Virus record (IMG/VR): IMGVR_UViG_3300037258_000590
Span: 146,384-210,383 of that record
Direction: 5' to 3' (one strand)
Length of the DNA: 64,000 bases
The first letter of the stretch is position 1; each line of letters opens with the position of its first letter. Of the stretch, positions 19,315-30,143 are shown piece by piece. The translations under genes and the position numbers were made by a program. Below the pieces are notes generated by a model. The model was not told where the DNA came from. It searched no databases and was given only the letters and a program-made list of their open reading frames with translations.

Positions 19315-19431
19315 GGAGAAAGACAATGGATGATGAGGGCGCTGGGGAAGCTCTGACGGCCCGGAACCGGGCAACTGGCCGGTTCCGGACGGGGAAGCTT
19401 CCCCAGCCATCACGACGGGAGACTGAGCACC

Positions 19432-19662
19432 ATGCGTATCCACCCGCGCTACCTGCAACTCCGTGACCTCGCGGACCGGGCTGGCATCCACCCGTCACGC
19501 TGCTGGCGATGCAAGAACGACAACAGCGGCTGGAAGATCGGTGAGGATGACGGCCGCGATCCGGACTACGTGGGCTGGCAATGCCAGCGCTGCGGCGCCG
19601 CGAACGGCCTGAGCCGGGGCGCCATCCGCGCTCGCATCCGCAGGGCTGCGGACAAGCAATGA
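19432..19662 (+). CDS. small Zn-ribbon protein
   Basis: CWRC...CQRC; GGGAG SD. Confidence 0.6.
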   Translation: MRIHPRYLQLRDLADRAGIHPSRCWRCKNDNSGWKIGEDDGRDPDYVGWQCQRCGAANGLSRGAIRARIRRAADKQ

Positions 19663-22216
19663 CCACCGGGACGGCAAGGAGGACGCGCGTGCCAGACGAC
19701 CCGTACGGCGATCCTGACGGCCTTACCTCCCGGTGGGTGTCCGCGGGCGAGCCTGATCACCCCTTCAAGGGCGACGGCAAACGGCGCGGCGAATGCGGGT
19801 GCACTCGCCGCGCCAGTCAGCACGACTAACCAGAACAGGAGGCCCGGCCATGCCGAGGTCGCAAATCACCGTCAACACGAATTGCGTAGCGGGTCAGCAC
19901 GCCAGCGAGAAGAACATCGAATTCAGCTCGCCGGTCGGCGGGGGGCTGATCAACTTCGAGATCACTCCTGATGACCAGCTGAAAGTGCACATCTGCCGGC
20001 AGGACCTCACGGTGCAGGTCTCGGCGGGCGAGCCAGGCCGGCCGGTTCGCTACGGCAATCTGCGCCTGGACCGGGCGCTGTACCGCGCCGCTAAGGCGTT
20101 CGTCACCGACTACGAGGCAAGACAGGAGAACGCGACGTGATCTCAGACCTGACCGCTACCGACCGCGCCGTCAATGCGGCCCGCATCCTTGAGGTGCAGC
20201 AGCCTATCCGCGAAGGCAAGGACCCTGATGAGTCCGCGAGGCTCACCGAGCCCGAGCCTATGTGGAACACGAAGGTCGCCGTCGTGATGAACCTGCGAGC
20301 CAAGGATGCCAGCGCTGCGGGGCGGCGAACGGCCTGAGCCGGTCCGCTATCCGCGCTCGCATCCGCAGGACAAGGAGCGCAGAACGATAAGCATCCCCTA
20401 CGAGCCCGGAGACCAGGACCCTATGAGGAGAAAGACAATGGATGATGAGATAGCGGCGGAACTGACAGCCCCAGAACGCGATGCCCTCTGGGGCATCCTG
20501 AACAGCCGCAGATACGTACCCGCGTATGACCTTTGGGTCAGCCTAGAGGATCGCGGGCTGATCGGCCCGGGTCCCCGCCCTGACCTCGTGGACCCGACTC
20601 CGCTGGGCCGCGCGGTCTGGCACCGGCTGTTCGTCCCCGCAGGAGTGCGGGAGGCCAACGCCCGATTCGCCCGGCACTATGCCGAGTGGCAGGCATGAGC
20701 CCTGCCAGGGTAGCGGCCCCATGCCTAAGAGAGGGAGTACGAGATGAGCGAGACCGCAGCCGCACTCGCGGCAGCGAAAGACATCCTCGAAAAAAGCAAG
20801 TGGCCCGCTGCCGCGCTGGACAGGGGGAACTTCGCCCCCGGCTGGGGCGTCGTGGACGGCCGGGGCAACTGGCTCGGCTGGTTCAGGATCAGAACCCCGG
20901 GCGGAGACGCCACGTGGACCTACAGCGACCCCGGCGGGATCGCGGAGAAGATGGCCAGCAAGTGGGAGATAGCCCCCGGCGCGGTCCCTTACCTCGCTGG
21001 GACCTCGCCGACCTGAACCGCTCGGGCGCTCCCCGGCCAGGATGCAGACCTCTCCCCCAGGAGGCTCGCGCAAGTACAAGCCGAGATCACGGGGGAACGG
21101 GAGCGCCGGGCCGGCCTTGGACGCCGAGGACGCGCGTCTTTGCCGCCAGCGGGATATCAGCCAGCCCGAGACAGGAGAAATGTGATAATGCAAACCATTC
21201 TTACCGTCATCGTCACCACGCCCGACGACACTCCGGCGAACGTGGCCGACGCCATCGCCTACGCACTGGACAACCCCGCGAACTACCCGGATGACGCGGA
21301 GGACGTAAGCGGGTGGGATGTCTATGTCGGTCCCGCAAGCTCCGGCTCTCCCCTCTACCTCTGGGAAGAGATCAAGCCGATCATCCACTCGGACGGGGCT
21401 TGGCCCGGCGACGACCTGGTTCCCGTAGTCGACCTGTGGCTGCAAAAGGCCGGGATCGACACCGGGTGGACACCGGACCCCGAGTAAACCTCTAGTGCCT
21501 CCCGGCCGCTGGCTGCGGCGTCTGCCGCCCTGGCGGACGCTGCGGAACGACCAGGACCCGAGAAAAGGAAATCACCTGATGGCTACATTCGCAGTGACCT
21601 ACTGGCAGTCACATCAGTACAGCCTCACCGTGGACACGGCTGAGGTCATCCCGGCCGTACGCGACTGGGCCGGAAAAGCTAGCGACCCGGACGGGCGTAT
21701 CGCGCGCACGCTCGCTGACCTTGAGGCCGGGTGCATCCCGTCTGACCTTTACATCGTGGCCGAAGCGCTCGAAGAGGACGGCCAGCTGGTGGCCGCCGAT
21801 GACGCGGAGCCGGACAGCTCGGACGAGCCCAGCGACTACAACGTGGAAGTTGTGGCGAAATGAATCCCGCCGAGCGGCACCAGGCCCAGGCGCGGGCCGC
21901 GGAGCCGCTGATGGAAAACTTGCTGGCCCGCCTGCGCAACCTCGCGGGCGAGCTGGAATCCCGGGGCTGGCAGTGCGAGGTCATTGACGGTTCATGGGTC
22001 TTCACGCTGCCGCAGAAGGGCCACGCAATGGCCCCGGGTGACACCGTAATCCGGGCAGACGACAGTGGCCTGGTCCCGCTCACCGGTGAAGTAACCGGCT
22101 GGGCCACGCGGGATCACGAGAAGGTTTACGTGCTGTGGGGCACCGCAGACACGGCAACCGCCGAATACGCCAGCAAGCTGCGCGTAGTAACCCCCGGCTG
22201 AAACACAGACAGGAGC

Positions 22217-23185
22217 ATGACCATGAGAACTGACTCGCTAGCCGTCGCAGAGCACGAAGCACGAGCCTATGCAGCGTGGCTGATCGCGCACGGCTACCAC
22301 GAGGCCACCACATGGCGGTTCAGCACAGCGCTAAACAACTACGGGCTAGGCCACAGCCGCGCGATCTGTGCAACGGGCTACGCGGTCCGGTACGCGGGCA
22401 CGCTGGTCCGGGACAACGGCAGCACAGCGGAATACCCGACCGCGGGGGTCACGGTGTTCTGCCAGGATGATCAGCTGCCCATCAGCGAGCTGATCCAGGA
22501 CGGCCGTGCGCTGGCCGCGTTCAGCAGCGATTCGGGTGCCACAGACGCGTTCCTGAGCTACACACCGTACTACGTAGCCAGCTGGAACCCGCGCGAGACG
22601 GATCTCCAGCGGAATCCAGCGGTCAACCCGGGCACCCTCCCGCTGGTGATCCTGCATGAACTGACCCCTGGGATCGCCGGAGACGGGCCGATGCGGTTCT
22701 TCGACCTGCGGCTGGTCCCAGCCGGTGACCTGGCCACAGGTGACCGGGTGCGCGTCGTGTCGGGCACGCACGGCGGCCTGCAAGGCGTCATCACGCACCC
22801 TGACGCACGACGACCGATGGTGGAACTGGACCCGGTGTACGACCCGGCTGCGAACACCACCCGGCCATGGGGATCGCTGCACCAGGTCTCCCGGGCTGAC
22901 CTGGAGCCGGGTGATACGTGCGCGGACGGGCATGCGTTGCGGTGGGACGCGGAAAGCTACGCCACCCCGCGCTGGGTGCACGTCAGCGGTGCGGACCTGA
23001 TGACGTGCACCACGGTCATGGCCGATCCAGGCAGCCTGGCCCGCACGATGCCCGACTACGGCGACAACTGGCCAGCGAACCAGCCCGCCGCCTGCCGTCA
23101 GCACCCGGATTACTGCGTGAACTACCCGGACAACGATCACGGCCAGACCACCGCAATACCCTCGGCAGACGACATAGACGGCTAG
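22217..23185 (+). CDS. hypothetical protein with KOW-like motif
   Basis: GACAGGAG SD; GDRVRVVSGTHGGLQGVI resembles KOW. Confidence 0.65.
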   Translation: MTMRTDSLAVAEHEARAYAAWLIAHGYHEATTWRFSTALNNYGLGHSRAICATGYAVRYAGTLVRDNGSTAEYPTAGVTVFCQDDQLPISELIQDGRALAAFSSDSGATDAFLSYTPYYVASWNPRETDLQRNPAVNPGTLPLVILHELTPGIAGDGPMRFFDLRLVPAGDLATGDRVRVVSGTHGGLQGVITHPDARRPMVELDPVYDPAANTTRPWGSLHQVSRADLEPGDTCADGHALRWDAESYATPRWVHVSGADLMTCTTVMADPGSLARTMPDYGDNWPANQPAACRQHPDYCVNYPDNDHGQTTAIPSADDIDG

Positions 23186-23295
23186 GCGTCGCATCCCGCG
23201 TAAGCGGGTTCGCAGGCCGGGCCTGGCCAGGCCCCCGTATCTCCTGCGCCTGCGCTGCGGCGCTGAGCAGAATATACGGGCTGAAAACGCAGCAG

Positions 23296-23339
23296 CCAGC
23301 GAAACTTCCAGCCAGTCAGGCAATCAGCACGACAGGAGA
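23296..23339 (+). repeat. short derivative of the intergenic repeat (also 25499-25542, 26111-26154)
   Basis: CCAGCGAAACTTCC(A/G)GCCAGTCAGGCAATCAGCACGACAGGAGA. Confidence 0.7.
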
Positions 23340-23347
23340 CAGGCATC

Positions 23348-23857
23348 ATGCCAGCTGAGACATTCGATGAGTTCATGGCCCGGTACAACCCAGGCGGCAC
23401 GCACCCGGTCACCGAGATCACTGCGCCGCTCAGCGCGGAGCGGAACACGAGCCCGTTCGTCATCGTGCGGGCGGGCCGGTACACGGCAATCGTCAACCCG
23501 CTGCCATTCGAGGAATACCTGGATATCGACGTGCACTCGTTCGCAGACGGCCGGAAAGCAGCAGCCGGAGTGCTGGGCATGACGCAGGGACGCCGGGTCG
23601 CACTGCAGCCGACCGGGCTGACCAGCGCTGGAGCGCCAGCGGCCGGACTGGTCATCGTGCTGATCGGGGAGCAGGGCACCGAGCCGGTCGCGCAGACGCT
23701 GAACGTGAGCATCCCGCTCACCAGCACGATGCGCACGCCGGACGATCTGGCTGACGCGCTGCGGCAAATCGCCTCTGCGGTCCAGTCAGGAACCGGCACC
23801 GGCCAGATCCGCGGGAAGACGGGCAGCAGCGCGGGCAGCTTCGACATCACCGGCTGA
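23348..23857 (+). CDS. hypothetical protein
   Basis: GACAGGAG SD. Confidence 0.65.
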   Translation: MPAETFDEFMARYNPGGTHPVTEITAPLSAERNTSPFVIVRAGRYTAIVNPLPFEEYLDIDVHSFADGRKAAAGVLGMTQGRRVALQPTGLTSAGAPAAGLVIVLIGEQGTEPVAQTLNVSIPLTSTMRTPDDLADALRQIASAVQSGTGTGQIRGKTGSSAGSFDITG

Positions 23858-23882
23858 CACATCAGCAAGACAGGAGATCACC

Positions 23883-25025
23883 GTGGACAACACCCTCACC
23901 CTGGCTGACGCTGGCTCGCTGGCCGCGATCCTGCACGCAGCGCAGCGCAAGTCGGTCGTCGGGCGGCTAGCCCCAGACGGACAACCAGCATTGATCGGCA
24001 CGGCCCGGTACATCGGCTGTGTCTGGTCCCTGGCAGGGGGACGACCCGATTACGCGGCAGAGGCCGGCACGGACGTACTAGACATGAACCTGTACGTCCA
24101 GTCAGGCAGCGGTACCACCTGGATCTGGCCAGTGCGCCAGCTGATCGCGGAATCGCGCACCGACGCGTTCATCCCGGACTTCGACGTGGCGGCGTTCGAG
24201 GCGGCAGGCGGCCAGGCAGCAGTCCCGGCGTCGGTGGCCGCGTGGAAAACTAGCCAGCCCGTCCGGCCACCCTGCCAGCCGGATAACGCTGACCTGCGCA
24301 ACTGGCCGGCTGAAGACCTGCTCCGGCTCGCGCGGGCGGCCGGGCAGCTGTGGCACAGCACCGGGGGCAGTGATCCGCACGACGTGCTGAACGACAGGCA
24401 GCGCACGCTGTTCGATCGCGCAGCTGCCAGCTACCTGACGGCAGGGACGCCGGATGGCCGATCCGGGCTGAGCCCGGCGCACCCTGATCCTCATGCCGGA
24501 AAGCCGCTATTCGCGGCGGAATTGGCCACTGCGGCAGCAACCAGGCACCCGGACAGCACCGCAACTGCGCCGCTCGGCAGCCAGCCGTTCAAACGAGGCG
24601 ATGTCGTGGAATACGACCTGGCTACTGATAGCCAGCAGGTCACCGCGATCTTCGCCAGCTACCCGGATAACAATCCGGAAGCGGTGTACGCCCACGTCGT
24701 GCCTCTCGGCACGCGTGTCCGCGTGCAAATACGGCAGAGCTGTCTCCGGCACGCCGGCCCGGCGCTGATCAGCGCGGCGCGGTCCTGGGCGGCGGACTGC
24801 CAGTGGGAGGACATCAATTACGAGGAGGACACCGCGGGCCTATCTGACGGTCAGGTAGTACACGGCGTGAACGAGCACTATGCCGGCGGCTGGGAACAGT
24901 TCGTTCGCGACGGCAGTGAAACCCGTTCAGGCTGGTTATTCCCACTGGTCGGAACATCACCTGCGCCAGGTGAGATGCCCTTACCCGGCGCAGGCAGTAC
25001 CAGGTCACGAGACAGGAGCCAGTGA
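23883..25025 (+). CDS. mosaic hypothetical protein
   Basis: GACAGGAG SD + GTG; 3' end reads through a repeat relic. Confidence 0.6.
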   Translation: MDNTLTLADAGSLAAILHAAQRKSVVGRLAPDGQPALIGTARYIGCVWSLAGGRPDYAAEAGTDVLDMNLYVQSGSGTTWIWPVRQLIAESRTDAFIPDFDVAAFEAAGGQAAVPASVAAWKTSQPVRPPCQPDNADLRNWPAEDLLRLARAAGQLWHSTGGSDPHDVLNDRQRTLFDRAAASYLTAGTPDGRSGLSPAHPDPHAGKPLFAAELATAAATRHPDSTATAPLGSQPFKRGDVVEYDLATDSQQVTAIFASYPDNNPEAVYAHVVPLGTRVRVQIRQSCLRHAGPALISAARSWAADCQWEDINYEEDTAGLSDGQVVHGVNEHYAGGWEQFVRDGSETRSGWLFPLVGTSPAPGEMPLPGAGSTRSRDRSQ

Positions 25026-25032
25026 TCATGAC

Positions 25033-25497
25033 ATGACCGGACGACGGAAAAAGCGCGGGGCGGTCTATCTGCTGTGCTGGGCCAAGACGCCGTACAAGCA
25101 CGCCGGGCACTATCTGGGTTTCGCCTACCCGGATGACCCGGCTCATGCCGATGAGAGCATCCTGGCTGAAGTCCGGGCAGCTCTGCACACCCGGGTCAGC
25201 TGCCGCTACCTGACAGCGGAACAGGCCGCCGGGGTGGCTGCCCGGATCGCCCAGCACCGTGCCGGGCACGGCGCCAGGCTGACGGCGGTCATCAGCACAG
25301 CAGGGATCGAATTCACGATCGTCCGGGTATGGGCCAGCGGGACCGAGGGAACCGAGAAGGCCCTGAAAGACCTGAACGACAGGCGCAGGCTATGCCCGCT
25401 GTGCACACCAGGCAGCCAGGCGGGCACGGTCATCACGCCGAAACGGTACCGGCGTGCTCGCTCGCGCAAGCCGGCACCGCAGGCTCTGGCCGCCTGA
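25033..25497 (+). CDS. GIY-YIG-like endonuclease
   Basis: GAVYLL...HAGHYLGFA...RIAQHRAG.GARL...E.ALK...CPLC. Confidence 0.6.
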   Translation: MTGRRKKRGAVYLLCWAKTPYKHAGHYLGFAYPDDPAHADESILAEVRAALHTRVSCRYLTAEQAAGVAARIAQHRAGHGARLTAVISTAGIEFTIVRVWASGTEGTEKALKDLNDRRRLCPLCTPGSQAGTVITPKRYRRARSRKPAPQALAA

Positions 25498-25549
25498 ACC
25501 AGCGAAACTTCCGGCCAGTCAGGCAATCAGCACGACAGGAGAACCCGTC

Positions 25550-26110
25550 ATGGCCACATGGTTCGTGATCAAGTTCGAAGGCAAACCCACTGAAGCCGAC
25601 TTTGCCCGGGTCGCTGAGCTAGCCGCCCAGGGTTACACCAGCGGCAAGCTGACCAATGAACCCGGCGCCGAGCGTGCTGAAAACGCAGCCTCCAGCTACT
25701 TCGCCGAGCCGCTTATGCACGGTGCGGCAAGGACTGCCATGGACGCGCAGCAGCGGCGTTTCCGTCACTTCACCCAAGATCAGCTCACGACGTGGCTGCG
25801 CCGGCGCGGCCTGGATGTCAGGTGCACCGACCCGGCCACGCTGCGGGCGGCGGCTGGCATCGCGGTCGAGGCGCTGCGGCGCTGTCAGGCCACGGCCGGC
25901 AGTGAGAACCCGCCTGCCTGGCAGGCCGAGGTGCTGTTTACCGGAGATGCCCGGAGAACGACGTTCTACTACCACGAACCAGCCGAACTGGCCAAAGGGA
26001 TTACCGCGCTGCGCAATGACCTGGCCGCTGGCGTGATAGCCGAGCTGAGGGTAAGCAGCCCTGACAGCAAGGTCATCTTCGACAGCACAACCAGCAGCGG
26101 CAAGCAGTAG
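25550..26110 (+). CDS. hypothetical protein
   Basis: GACAGGAG SD. Confidence 0.6.
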   Translation: MATWFVIKFEGKPTEADFARVAELAAQGYTSGKLTNEPGAERAENAASSYFAEPLMHGAARTAMDAQQRRFRHFTQDQLTTWLRRRGLDVRCTDPATLRAAAGIAVEALRRCQATAGSENPPAWQAEVLFTGDARRTTFYYHEPAELAKGITALRNDLAAGVIAELRVSSPDSKVIFDSTTSSGKQ

Positions 26111-26162
26111 CCGGCAAAACTTCCCGCCAGCCGGGCAATTCAATGCGACAGGAGCACTGCCC

Positions 26163-27056
26163 ATGACTGCATACAGCTCGTACATCTTCCGGATGCCGGA
26201 AGGCTGCCCGTACCTGGATTTCACCAGCCTGAAAGCGTACATCCGCGCCGCGTACAACAGCGAGGGCCTGCATTTCACCGACCATGCGGAGATCGGCACG
26301 ACCGTCCGTGTCGTCTGGCACGGCAGCCGGCGCCCCCGCCTGGAACTGCCGCCATCTATAGCGTTCGAGCTGTACGGCTTCACCGCGGCGGAGATCTACC
26401 CGGACCGGGTGGGGTTCGCGGCGGCCGATGACCCGCACATGGCGACGACCGCGTGGCTGAGCAGGATCGTCTACGACAACGCGATCGGTCATGGTGTCAG
26501 CCGGGTCCGGCGCCGGAAGGCGGACGGCGAAGGGCCGCCGATTGCGCGCGGCCACGCTGGCCTGCTGGTGATCGACGGGAACCGGGATAAGCTGGTTACC
26601 GGCCAGTCCTACCCGGTGGGCGACATCGAGAGCCAGCGGCGCAAGGATGCTGAACAGCAGACCGCGCGGGCTGCTGCGCGCGAACGCTACGCTGAGGAGT
26701 CCCGGCAGCGGGAAGCGCTGAAAACCTGGCGGCACCCGCAGTACGGCTGGCTCTACGCGGTCGAGGAACACCACCTGGATCACGGCTACCACTGGCGTGT
26801 CATGGACAGTACGTTCTGCGACACGATCGGCTATATCCGGGACTGCAGGGTCGGCCCTGGGCAGCCAGCGCATCAGGCGTCTCCGTACCCGGGCAGCAAG
26901 ATCCCGCTGCTCACGACTCTCGCAGGCGGGGATGCCGCGTGGCTCCCGGTGTTCACTGCCTTCGCGGGCGGCGCAGATCACCGCCAGGACGCGCTAGGCA
27001 CCTTCTGCACGATAGCCGAAGCACTGGCCGCCATAGCCGGTGCGCAGCCAGCCTGA
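26163..27056 (+). CDS. hypothetical protein
   Basis: GACAGGAG SD. Confidence 0.65.
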   Translation: MTAYSSYIFRMPEGCPYLDFTSLKAYIRAAYNSEGLHFTDHAEIGTTVRVVWHGSRRPRLELPPSIAFELYGFTAAEIYPDRVGFAAADDPHMATTAWLSRIVYDNAIGHGVSRVRRRKADGEGPPIARGHAGLLVIDGNRDKLVTGQSYPVGDIESQRRKDAEQQTARAAARERYAEESRQREALKTWRHPQYGWLYAVEEHHLDHGYHWRVMDSTFCDTIGYIRDCRVGPGQPAHQASPYPGSKIPLLTTLAGGDAAWLPVFTAFAGGADHRQDALGTFCTIAEALAAIAGAQPA

Positions 27057-27996
27057 TGCCCGCGGCGGTCGCCGTGGCTAGTACCGAGGGAACACGAAAG
27101 GCAGCGCATGAACGAGGCAAGAACCTACGGAACCGTCACCGACTACACGACCGGCGCGGCCCTTCGCCCGGCCACGGCCAGCGAACTGGCGCGCACCGAG
27201 GCCAAGATGGCCTCCGGCGACTCCGACGCCTGCACAGGTGCGTGGCGCGACGCTGACGGGCGCATCGTCTTTGTCGATGCCTGAACACCTGGCCGGAAGA
27301 GGCAAACCCGTGACTGACGTCCCCGGCACCCCGTCGCTAGCGGCATGGGATGAGCAGCTGATCGCGCGTGCGGAGGAGCTGGCGGCGTGCGAAGATGCGG
27401 CGCAGATCCTGGCCTTCTACCGCCGGGCATACGGTGACGAGCACGCGGAGCTGCTAAGCCGCACGCCGTATCCAGCCGCGTTCGGACGGCTGGCCGGGAT
27501 GACGCAGACGCTGACCGGGATCATCCGCGGGTTTCAGCGTGAGCGAGCTGCCGGAGAACACTACGGGCCGGCCGCGGATGCCGCCACGGCCGGCCCGGCT
27601 GCGAACGCCCTGCCGCATCCAGGTCACGGACAGGAGTAAGCGACCCGGGCGCCTGGCAGGCGCATCCCACGATAACAGCAGCCGTACGGCTGGCATGCCC
27701 GTAACAGAGGAGAACATCATGGACAAGCTGATCGCCCGCGTAGCAGAGCTGACGTCGGAAGGCATCTACGAGCCCGGCCAGTACACGAGACAAGGCGGCC
27801 TGTCGGCAAGCGCGCTGACAACGCACACCGATGGCAGCATGAGTTTCTCGGTGTTTACAACGTTCCCGAACATGGACCGGGAAACCGTCAAGGTCACTAT
27901 CAGCCGTCCGTGACCTGAGCGGCCCGAACGTTACTTTCAGCCCGGCGTGCGGGCGTCAGCCGCATCGTCTTCCGAGCCAAGAACTAGGAGGTCCAA

Positions 27997-28362
27997 ATGA
28001 GCGGATGCTACGAAGCGCGGGACGGTTCTGTCTGGCGTGACGGGGAAATCATCCTGACCCTGGCCGGGGCAGGCTGGGAGGCCGCGGATGCGGTTGCCTC
28101 AGCCCTGCGCAACGAGCGCGTGAAGACGGCTGAGGCAATCGCGGACATGATCCGGCACGAGCGCAACGGCCTTGACAACGAGGATCAGGCGTCTGTCACG
28201 CCCGGCTGGATGAGCCACGCACGGGCCAGGAAATGGCGTGACCAGGACCGGGCCAAGATCAGCGGTTACCGGATTGCGCTGAGCTACGCGCTCGGATACC
28301 CAATGGACTTCAGCAAGACCGACGCGTTCATCGACAAGAAAGACTACTGGGAGGCGCTGTGA
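27997..28362 (+). CDS. hypothetical protein
   Basis: AGGAGGT SD. Confidence 0.65.
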   Translation: MSGCYEARDGSVWRDGEIILTLAGAGWEAADAVASALRNERVKTAEAIADMIRHERNGLDNEDQASVTPGWMSHARARKWRDQDRAKISGYRIALSYALGYPMDFSKTDAFIDKKDYWEAL

Positions 28363-28580
28363 GCAAGGACAGCGGGCCGGTCATGCCCCTAGAGCAAAGG
28401 TGCGTCAGGCCGGGTCGCTGGGTCATCGAAGGCTGGGATGTGCGCAAGGAGGCGAAGCACCCGCATTACGGCTACTGGGTGGCCCGCCGGTTCGGCGAAG
28501 TTTTCGAGCAGCGCACCCTGGCCGGCGTGCGAGAAGAAGTCCGGGAGCGGAGGGACGATCATGACCCTGCTGGATACTGA
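28359..28580 (+). CDS. small hypothetical protein, paralog of 36819..37028
   Basis: VMPLEQRC..PGRW.IEG shared. Confidence 0.65.
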   Translation: MSKDSGPVMPLEQRCVRPGRWVIEGWDVRKEAKHPHYGYWVARRFGEVFEQRTLAGVREEVRERRDDHDPAGY

Positions 28581-28943
28581 ACAGGCAGCGGCCGGCCTGC
28601 GTACCGGGTTCACGGCCACGTTTCCGTGCCACGCCTACGCTGTCCAGTTCCTGGAAGCCATGGCGGGAAACACGCAGGTCACGAGCACCCGGCTCAACCG
28701 GCGGAATGGCCGCGTGGTGTCTTTCGAAGCGCCAGCGGGCAGCCGGGGTGACCTGGCCAGGATTATCGGCGACATCGGGTCCACGCCTGGCGATGCTGAC
28801 GGCTCGCACACGGCATACCTGGACGAGGAGGCGTGTGCGCCGCCAGATGGCTGCCTCCGAAGGTGACGTATCCCCGGCCCCAGGCCGCCACGCAAGTTTC
28901 CTAGCGCTGACCTGGCGTTAAACGCGTGCGGCCTAGGCCGGAG

Positions 28944-28973
28944 TTGCGCGATATGTATACGCCATGAGACAAT
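28944..28973 (+). promoter_or_regulatory. possible sigma70-type promoter
   Basis: TTGCGC-N18-GACAAT in an AT-richer intergenic gap before a GACAGGAG SD. Confidence 0.3.
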
Positions 28974-30143
28974 ACTCATACGAGACAGGAGACCGCCAGC
29001 ATGACTACGACGACTCCGGCTGAGATCAGGGAAAAGATCGATCGCGCATTGCGTGACCGTGCCATCGGCATACGGCACGAAGCCGCACTGCGCGGCAATT
29101 CCGGCGAGCACAACGCGGCGTACCGCGCTAGCCTGCGTGCCGAGGCGCAGCTCTGCGAAGACCTCGCGCACGTTGTAGCGCACACGGACCCGCAGCGGCT
29201 GGCGCAGGCACTGGATACGGGCAAGCCAGACCAGATTCCTGCGTGGCTGGCCTACGCGGGCGTGCCGCTGGACCAGATCCCGGACGACGGCCAGCGTGCC
29301 GCCGTGCGGGCGCATCGTGCAATCGCAGCAGACTCCGGGCCGTCATGAGGAAATCGCCGTACATCACGCGTGCCTTCCGGTCAGACGAACCAGGAGCCCC
29401 ACGGCCATGACTCAGGCAATTTCACCTAGCGCCATTACTCCTGGCCTGCCGTGCCGTACCTGCCAGGGAGCGTCGTTCTTCGATCGTGAGATAGGCAGCG
29501 CATGCCCGGCGTGCGGTGGCCGCGGCCAGGGTTCGGCGGTGCTGCTGCCATTCAGCTGCCTGGCTGAGATCACGCCCGGACTGGCGGGCTGGGCCTGGAC
29601 GATCCTGTGCGAGGGAACCCCAGTCGACGGCGGCGTCCGGGCCACTGAGGAAGCCGCCTTGGCGGCCGTAGCCGGATGGGCCGCAGCGGATAAGGCCCGG
29701 AAGGCAGACGCGATAACAGCGGAGATCCTGTCCGACGCTATCAGCGCACTCGGATTCACCGAGCAGGCGTTCGCTGCCGCGTTCGCGGCGGTGGCGTTGT
29801 CGAGTGCATTTCAAGAGGAGGAAAGCTGACATGACGGTCGAGCACCGTGAACACCGCGAGCTGAAGGTTAATCCTGAAGGGGTGGAGGATGTGCTGCCGC
29901 GTACGTTCCGGCTGGACGCATTCACGGCCGCGCAGCGCCGGGACGGCCGCCAGAGAACATGGCTGGACGAGACCCCGCGCCAGCGGACCACACTGGCTGA
30001 AGGGATCACCCGTCCGGAAGCCGTAGACCTGATCAGCCAGCTGGCGGACTGGCTGGCCTGGGACGGGAAAAACGGCTGACCCGCCGCTGGCAATGCCGGG
30101 CCAGCACGAGAACACGCAAGACACGCAGACAGGAGAAGCATTC

